A stretch of DNA of 32,000 bases, from NCBI RefSeq assembly GCF_900184705.1, contig NZ_LT859958.1, positions 230,883-262,882 of the forward strand, given 5' to 3'. Positions 26,616-32,000 of this stretch are shown here, in pieces (the first letter of the stretch is position 1; every line of letters starts with the position of its first letter). Below the pieces are notes generated by a model, which worked only from the letters and a program-made list of their open reading frames with translations, was not told the origin of the DNA and did no database searches. The position numbers and the translations under genes are program-made. Origin of the DNA: Candidatus Brevifilum fermentans. Lineage in GTDB: Bacteria > Chloroflexota > Anaerolineae > Anaerolineales > Anaerolineaceae.

Positions 26616-26859
26616 TTTTCACCTTCTTTTTGGCAGTTTAATCACATAGATTTCATAATAAAATGAGGCACATTTACAAGCAACGGATAATTAAATAAAT
26701 CAAAAAAAGGTTTGCTTTTATAAGCTTCTCCACACACTTACCACCGTCCCATGGATATTCGCCTTGCGTACTTCTTCAATGCCAATTCTTTATTGGCATG
26801 AATCTTTTGCAATAATGTGATTATTATTTATGATCGATCCTGGCGACTTGCAGTATGGT

Positions 26860-27495
26860 TTACAAAAAAGACAGCCAATAGGCTGCAATCCCAAAAGCCA
26901 CAGATACATTAAGCGAGGCTTTCAGTCCGACCATCGGCACCGAAACCACCAGATCGGCGATCGTCAGTAAACCGGGGTCAATGCCTGCTTGCTCATTTCC
27001 CACTGCCAGTAAGAATTGCTGAGCACCCAGCGAAGCCAGGTCGACATTAAAGATAGGCTGTGAACTTGCCGTAGTTTCAAGAGCCAGAAGGTAATGCCCC
27101 TGGTTTTGCAGGTTTTGAGCAAGGGCAAGTGCATTGAGATGCTGTGACCAGGAAAGTGTAATTTCAGCGCCCAGAGCCGTTTTTTGAATGGCTGAATTGT
27201 CTGAAGGGCTAGGCGTATATCCGCATAGGTAGAGGTGCCGAGCGCCCACACCATCCGCTGTACGAAAAATAGCCCCGACATTGTGTGTACTGCGGATATT
27301 GTCCAACAAGATACAGATTCTGCGTTTGGGAACCACACTGCTATGTTCTGATCCCTGATGCTGAAAAGGTGCCGAAGCTTTAAGCATTGGCGCACCGCAA
27401 CGAGGACAAAAATCTCCTTTGTGTACCGTCGGATCAATCGGCATGCGCAAACCACAGTCAGGGTGGGTACATTGTCGAATTTCAAACATGGTCAT
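26860..27495 (-). CDS. SpoU/TrmH-family RNA 2'-O-methyltransferase with N-terminal CxxxxC...CxxC zinc ribbon
   Basis: SPOUT motifs are present: NVGAIFRTADGVGA, LAVGNEQAGI, VPMVGLKASLNVSVAFGIAAY. The N-terminal 45 aa carry C9-x4-C14 ... C30-x2-C33 (CTHPDC...CPRC). Confidence 0.8.
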   Translation of the reverse strand: MTMFEIRQCTHPDCGLRMPIDPTVHKGDFCPRCGAPMLKASAPFQHQGSEHSSVVPKRRICILLDNIRSTHNVGAIFRTADGVGARHLYLCGYTPSPSDNSAIQKTALGAEITLSWSQHLNALALAQNLQNQGHYLLALETTASSQPIFNVDLASLGAQQFLLAVGNEQAGIDPGLLTIADLVVSVPMVGLKASLNVSVAFGIAAYWLSFL

Positions 27496-27612
27496 GTTCC
27501 AAAACTGTCTCGTCCTGGCGAACTGTCAATCGAACTGGGTTTATTTTATCGCGAGTCTTGGCTTTCCCCCACCTTGAAGTTGGGAACACTTTTCCCCAGT
27601 GAAATATAAGCC

Positions 27613-27645
27613 AAACGCCTGGGTGAGGGGGGCACCCAGACGTTT
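27613..27645 (-). terminator. GC-rich hairpin downstream of the Y1-like gene (candidate terminator)
   Basis: aaacgcctgggtg (27613-27625) pairs with cacccagacgttt (27633-27645): 13 bp with one mismatch and a 7-nt loop agggggg. On the minus strand it is followed by ggcttatatttc, a partial U-tract. It lies 77 nt after the stop at 27722. Confidence 0.35.
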
Positions 27646-27721
27646 GACGCTTGTAAATATATCATGGTCTCCTGTAGATTGCAAGGGTTAAGAGGTTAAA
27701 TTAACATTAGCGTTTTAATGT

Positions 27722-28426
27722 TCATTGCCTCCGGTGTCCAGAACTGCGTTCAGACCAATCCCGAGAGACATGGGCGATCAAAACCTGGGTGGGGAAATCA
27801 TGGGATTGTGTATCGACCAGGTAACCCGGCGACCAGAAGTCGCCGATGTTTTCATCGGTTTGCAGAGCGGGGAAAGCTTCGAAGATCCGTTTTGACGTCC
27901 ACTGCCTGACAGCAGCCAGCGTTTTCAGGGTCAGGCATTCGGGAAAATCCAGCAGGGTCCATTTAAAATAATCGGGTCGAATAGAAATCAGATCCAGTTC
28001 CCAGCCATAAATTTGGCTCAATTCTGGCATCCAAGTTCGCAATTCTTGTGCCAGCTCACCTAAAAGATAGTGCTCCTTCATGCGTGGGACCAGGTAGAAG
28101 GAGGTGTCATAAACCGTTTCTGCCAGGGCAGCCAGATCGTCATTTGAGGCAGGTTGAAAATCGGGTTGCTGGTCGCCAGGTGACTGACTGCTGGATTCAG
28201 CAACGCCTGGATGACGGGCTGAATACAAGTCATCGATTTCTTCCGCGGATTGGTCCTTGATCCCCGCTTGAAGAATGCTAGCCAGGTCCTCTTCGGCTGG
28301 TGATTTGGGTTCCAACGGCTGCCAGGAGCGGCTTGCTGAAAGATCAGCATGAGGAAGCTTCACTTTGTGATCGGAAAGCCCTTGATCTTGTTTTTCTGCT
28401 GATTTTTTTGGCTTTGCAGACACCAT
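27722..28426 (-). CDS. Protein with disordered acidic N-terminal region and a degenerate IS200-like Y1 transposase (TnpA/RAYT-fold) domain lacking HUH and catalytic Tyr
   Basis: The C-terminal ~125 aa follow the Y1_Tnp pattern (FYLVPRMKEHYLLGELAQEL......GWELDLISIRPDYFKWTLL.....TLKTLAAVRQWTSKRIFEAFPAL.....FWSPGYLVDT). I chose the ATG at 28426 (AAGGAtgaaATG). The ORF-track start at 28462 is a TTG. Confidence 0.6.
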   Translation of the reverse strand: MVSAKPKKSAEKQDQGLSDHKVKLPHADLSASRSWQPLEPKSPAEEDLASILQAGIKDQSAEEIDDLYSARHPGVAESSSQSPGDQQPDFQPASNDDLAALAETVYDTSFYLVPRMKEHYLLGELAQELRTWMPELSQIYGWELDLISIRPDYFKWTLLDFPECLTLKTLAAVRQWTSKRIFEAFPALQTDENIGDFWSPGYLVDTQSHDFPTQVLIAHVSRDWSERSSGHRRQ

Positions 28427-28934
28427 TTCATCCTTATTGTGCTGGGCGGTATTCCATTCCAAATGCCATCGATTTGATGTCGATTTCTGTTACCTTGCAA
28501 GGATTGTTCCAGCCTCTGGTGGGCGTTTCCTTTTATCTCCGTGCTTGTTCCCGCAACCTTGTTTTACCAGCTTCAAGCTACAATATTTGCTGAGTTGAGG
28601 ACGTTTTTAATACGATTGAACCATTCCAGTGCAATCATTATACTGGAAGGTTGCAATGCTCTGCACGGTCATTAAGCGTCTTTTTGATCAGCTCAATAAG
28701 CTAAGATCGTATCCATTAACAACCGTTTTGAGTTTGGAATGATGTTATTGTATCAACAAATTTGCAAACATTTTACTCTTATGGATTAACAAAGTATCAT
28801 TATTTATTAAGAAAACCACGTCATACGCTAGATCGTTATGCGCGGAAAGATTAAGCGCACATCGGCAAAATGGTACAACTTACGGCAAACCATTTCGATT
28901 TCTATTGAATCAAATACCCATAAAGGAGGTGAAA

Positions 28935-29918
28935 ATGACACTTTCGAAAGAACAAAAAATAGATATGTTCTGGTATCTGTTGCTTTCCAGACGATTGGAT
29001 GAACGTGCCTGGGTACTGCATCGTCAGGGAAAAATCGCTTTTCATATTTCTGGTATTGGACAGGAAGCTGCTCAAATTGGCGCTGTCTATGCCATTAAAA
29101 AGGGCAAAGATTGGCTGGTTCCCTATTACCGTGACCTCGCAATGGTCCTTGCGATGGGGATGACCCCGGCTGAGTTTGTAAGGAGTCTGATGGGAAAAAC
29201 AGACGAACCCACATCCGGGGCCCGGCAGATGCCAAGCCATTTCAGCATGCGCAAGGCAAATATCCTCAGCCACTCTGCACCGGTTGCCACACAGTCACCC
29301 CATGCGGCAGGTATCGGGCTGGCAATTAAACTGGATGGTGGAGACGCAGTTGTCCTCACTACGATTGGTGAGGGATCTACATCTCAAGGTGAGTGGTACG
29401 AGGCCGTTAACTTTGCGGCGATTCACAACCTCCCGGTGATATTTCTGGTAGAAAACAACCATTATGCCATCTCTGTTCCGCAGGAAAAGCAAATGGCAGT
29501 CAGCAGCGCGGCTGATAAAGCCTGTGGTTTAGGGCTGCCAGGGATTGAGGTCGATGGAACGCAAATGTTCGAAGTGTATGATGCTGTGGCAGAGGCGGTT
29601 AAAAATGCAAGGGCAGGCAGGGGGCCATCCGTTATTGAGGCGAAAATGTATCGATTAACGCCGCACTCCTCCGATGATGACGATCGGAGCTACCGCACCC
29701 GTGAAGAGGTTGAAGCCTTTAAAAAGAAAGATCCGCTGCTGATGATGAAGAATTTGTATATTGAACAGGGCTTGATAACCGAAGAAGAATATGAGGAACT
29801 GGAAGAGAAAGCCAAACAGATGGTCGATGCAGCGGTTGAAGAAGCAACCCGGGCTCCCTATCCCCAGGGCAAAGATGCAGCAACCCTGGTTTATGCTGAG
29901 GAGGTAAACAATGGCTGA
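28935..29918 (+). CDS. 2-oxoacid (pyruvate/branched-chain 2-oxoacid/acetoin) dehydrogenase E1 component, alpha subunit
   Basis: The TPP-binding pattern is present (TIGEGSTSQGEWYEAVNFAAIHNLPVIFLVENNHYAIS) with the phosphorylation-loop-like YRLTPHSSDDDD.SYR. AAAGGAGG lies 6 nt upstream of the ATG at 28935. The ORF-track start 28905 is a TTG. Confidence 0.9.
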   Translation: MTLSKEQKIDMFWYLLLSRRLDERAWVLHRQGKIAFHISGIGQEAAQIGAVYAIKKGKDWLVPYYRDLAMVLAMGMTPAEFVRSLMGKTDEPTSGARQMPSHFSMRKANILSHSAPVATQSPHAAGIGLAIKLDGGDAVVLTTIGEGSTSQGEWYEAVNFAAIHNLPVIFLVENNHYAISVPQEKQMAVSSAADKACGLGLPGIEVDGTQMFEVYDAVAEAVKNARAGRGPSVIEAKMYRLTPHSSDDDDRSYRTREEVEAFKKKDPLLMMKNLYIEQGLITEEEYEELEEKAKQMVDAAVEEATRAPYPQGKDAATLVYAEEVNNG

Positions 29919-30900
29919 GATTACTCTAATTGAAGCAATTCGCCAGGCAATGGATGAAGAACTGGCGCGTGATGAGCGTGTTTTTATCATTGGCGAAGAC
30001 GTTGGTGTGCGAGGCGGTGTGTTTCGAGCAACACAGGGGCTATTCGAAAAATATGGTGAATCGCGGGTGATCGATTCTCCTTTGGCTGAATTGTCAATTG
30101 TCGGTGTTGGCATTGGTGCAGCTGTGTATGGAAAGCGTCCTATTTGCGAAATCCAGTTTGCCGATTTTATTTACCCCGCCTTCAACCAGATTGTCAGTGA
30201 AGCTGCAAAAATGTATTACCGTTCCAATGGGCAATGGTCGGTTCCTATGGTCATCCGCGCACCCTATGGAGGTGGTATTGGCGGTGGATTATATCATTCT
30301 CAAAGTGTAGAGGCTCTCTTTACACAGGTACCGGGCTTGAAAGTCGTGATCCCCTCCACCCCCTTCGATGCTAAGGGTCTGCTAAAATCCGCTGTCCGCG
30401 ATCCAAACCCCGTACTATTCTTTGAACCCAAAAAAGGTTATCGCCTGATCAAAGGAGAAGTGCCGGAGGATGATCGGGAATATACAGTTCCGATAGGGCC
30501 AGCCAAAATCACCCGTGAAGGTCAGGACTTGAGCGTTTTCGCTTACGGAATGATGCACCATTACGCTAAGCAAGCAGCAGAAGTGGTTGCCAAAGAGGGG
30601 ATTGACGTTGAACTTGTTGATCTGCGCACGCTATACCCGGTAGACCGGGAAACGATTCTGAAATCTGTGCAAAAAACCAGTAAAGCCCTGATTGTACATG
30701 AGGATAATCTGACCGGCGGATATGGCGCCGAGGTGGCTGCGACCATCGCAGAGTGGGGTTTTATGGATCTGGACGCGCCCGTGCGAAGGCTGGCTGGTCC
30801 GGATGTTCCGGCAGTTCCTTTCAGCCATCCCATGCAAGAATGGTTCATGATCAATCCAGAAAAGATCGCTGATGCGATCCGTGAATTGGCTGCTTTTTAA
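29911..30900 (+). CDS. 2-oxoacid dehydrogenase E1 component, beta subunit
   Basis: ITLIEAIRQAMDEEL..DERVFIIGEDVG..GGVFRAT.GL, DSPLAE, and IQFADFIYPAFNQI are typical of E1-beta. It overlaps E1-alpha by 8 nt. Confidence 0.9.
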   Translation: MAEITLIEAIRQAMDEELARDERVFIIGEDVGVRGGVFRATQGLFEKYGESRVIDSPLAELSIVGVGIGAAVYGKRPICEIQFADFIYPAFNQIVSEAAKMYYRSNGQWSVPMVIRAPYGGGIGGGLYHSQSVEALFTQVPGLKVVIPSTPFDAKGLLKSAVRDPNPVLFFEPKKGYRLIKGEVPEDDREYTVPIGPAKITREGQDLSVFAYGMMHHYAKQAAEVVAKEGIDVELVDLRTLYPVDRETILKSVQKTSKALIVHEDNLTGGYGAEVAATIAEWGFMDLDAPVRRLAGPDVPAVPFSHPMQEWFMINPEKIADAIRELAAF

Positions 30901-30926
30901 AGCATGCACTCAATAGAGGAGGAAGG

Positions 30927-32000
30927 ATGGCTACAAAAATTGTTATGCCCCAATTGGGCGAATCGATTGTTGAAGGGACAGTCACTGGCTGGCATAAGCA
31001 GGTGGGAGATGAAATAAATGAATTTGATCCGTTGCTGGATGTGGAAACCGATAAGGTGACCAGTGAAATTCCCAGCCCAGCAAGCGGCACCGTGTTAAAA
31101 ATTCTTGTCCATGAAGGGGAGACCGTTGCAGTGGGAACCGTTTTAGCTTGGGTTGGTGAACCTGGCGAGGAAATCTCCGCTGCAGATGAAAAGGTGATTC
31201 ATCACCACGAACCACATGAGACCCCGGATATTGAATCGATCATTGACGAGCCGGTCCTGCAAAGGCCTGCCGGCAGGAACGAGGAGCTGGGTTATATCTC
31301 GCCGGTTGTGGCTCGACTGGCGCGTGAAAAAGGAGTGGATCTTACCAAGGTCAAAGGGACCGGCATGGACGGACGCATCACCAAGAAGGATGTCCAAAAC
31401 TATCTCAAAGAACATCAGGGGGTAGCAGAAGCTGAAATACCCATCTGGGAGACACCGGCAGATGGGGACCTGTTCCGCCCAACAGAATTGATTTTTGCGA
31501 AAAAAGTGGAAGAGCCTGTTCCTACCAGCCGACCGGAAGTCAGTGCAATCCCCGGTGAAACCCTGGCACTGACTCCGATGCGGAGGCGAATTGCCGAGCA
31601 CATGGTGCAAAGCGTCCATTCAGCGCCACATGTGACCACGGTAATGGAAGCGGATATGAGTCAGGTAGCGCGCCATCGTACCATCATCAATCAGGAGGTA
31701 GGCAAAGAGGTAAATGTAACCTACACTGCTTACATTCTTTCTGCTATTGTCACCGGATTGAAAGCTGTTCCTTTGGCAAATTCAACCTGGACAGAAACGG
31801 GAATCCGTATCCATAAGCAAATCAACCTTGGCATGGCTGTCGCCCTTCCAGATGGCGGGTTGATCGTTCCTGTGATTAAAAACGCTGATGAACTTTCACT
31901 GATCGGGTTGGCGAAAAAGATCAATGACCTGGCAGAACGCGCTCGAAGGGGTCAGCTCAAACCAGACGAGGTCCAAAACGGCACCTTTTCCCTGACCAAC
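30927..32000 (+). CDS. Dihydrolipoamide acyltransferase E2 component (partial, runs off the 3' end of the window)
   Basis: This gene is absent from the ORF track because it has no stop in the window. AGGAGGAAGG precedes the ATG at 30927. It has a lipoyl domain (IVMPQLGESIVEGTVTGWHKQVGD....VETDKVTSEIPSPASG), an E1/E3-binding domain (ISPVVARLAREKGVDLTKVKGTGMDGRITKKDV) and the beginning of the catalytic domain (TPMRRRIAEHMVQS....PHVTTVMEADMS). The frame stays open for 358 codons to position 32000. Confidence 0.9.
   Translation, partial: MATKIVMPQLGESIVEGTVTGWHKQVGDEINEFDPLLDVETDKVTSEIPSPASGTVLKILVHEGETVAVGTVLAWVGEPGEEISAADEKVIHHHEPHETPDIESIIDEPVLQRPAGRNEELGYISPVVARLAREKGVDLTKVKGTGMDGRITKKDVQNYLKEHQGVAEAEIPIWETPADGDLFRPTELIFAKKVEEPVPTSRPEVSAIPGETLALTPMRRRIAEHMVQSVHSAPHVTTVMEADMSQVARHRTIINQEVGKEVNVTYTAYILSAIVTGLKAVPLANSTWTETGIRIHKQINLGMAVALPDGGLIVPVIKNADELSLIGLAKKINDLAERARRGQLKPDEVQNGTFSLTN

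Noticed and set aside
28463-28934. TPP riboswitch or sigma-54 promoter upstream of the TPP-dependent E1 operon
   Set aside because: There is no CTGAGA/ACCTGATCTGGATAATGCCAGCG-like THI-box core. There is also no TGGCAC-n5-TTGC element with correct spacing. TGGAAGgTTGCA has only 1 nt between its halves.
1-32000. CRISPR arrays, tRNA/rRNA genes, intact IS elements, integrases, toxin-antitoxin pairs
   Set aside because: I scanned all spacers longer than 40 bp. I found no regularly spaced direct repeats, no T-loop-like GTTCGAATC/cloverleaf candidates, no terminal inverted repeats bracketing a transposase, and no recombinase motifs in any ORF.

Overview
This is a 32-kb stretch of a moderately GC-rich bacterial chromosome. 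Hand counts of typical coding lines give about 55% G+C. I can support 33 coding sequences (one of them running off the 3' end), one gene relic, three hairpin/terminator candidates and one promoter. I found no rRNA, tRNA, CRISPR array or intact mobile element. The gene content (archaeal-type short HMG-CoA synthase with a class II HMG-CoA reductase, a Ycf45/SpoIIIAA-like R3H ATPase, DUF951, many lipoprotein-type exported enzymes) suggests a Chloroflexota (Anaerolineae-like) genome, but that is inference only.

**Layout**
- 132-2280: stress genes (osmC, glutaminyl cyclase, hsp20).
- 2455-4932 (-): an orphan GAF-GAF histidine kinase translationally coupled to a SAM methyltransferase.
- 5102-8664 (+): upper mevalonate operon.
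- 8810-10877 (+): galE and two orphan small genes.
- 10881-25676 (-): a roughly 15-kb uninterrupted run of minus-strand genes. It holds a sugar-nucleotide/flippase operon ending in a GH3 relic, then tsaE-tsaB-rimI-udg, DUF951, plsC-like, PrsW-like, a DsbA-cyclophilin lipoprotein, tmk, the Ycf45-like ATPase, a 331-aa unknown and pdxS.
- 25677-28934: an AT-rich, gene-sparse patch holding a macro-domain hydrolase, a Zn-ribbon-SpoU methyltransferase and a degenerate IS200-like Y1 domain protein.
- 28935-32000 (+): a 2-oxoacid dehydrogenase E1alpha/E1beta/E2 operon.

**Most interesting observations**
1. The 'thiolase' of the mevalonate operon has all three catalytic positions substituted (Cys->Asp, HDCF->HDAT, GHP->GNP), and no DUF35 partner gene is present.
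2. A TnpA(IS200)-fold protein has lost both the HUH motif and the catalytic Tyr. It sits in the AT-rich patch next to RNA/ADP-ribose-modifying enzymes.
3. A family-4 uracil-DNA glycosylase ends in a perfect beta-clamp-binding pentapeptide, QLSLF.
4. A DsbA-cyclophilin lipoprotein fusion.
5. An internally deleted GH3 adenylating-enzyme relic at the end of the polysaccharide operon.

Several ORF-track starts were moved to downstream starts that carry a GGAGG-type ribosome-binding site.
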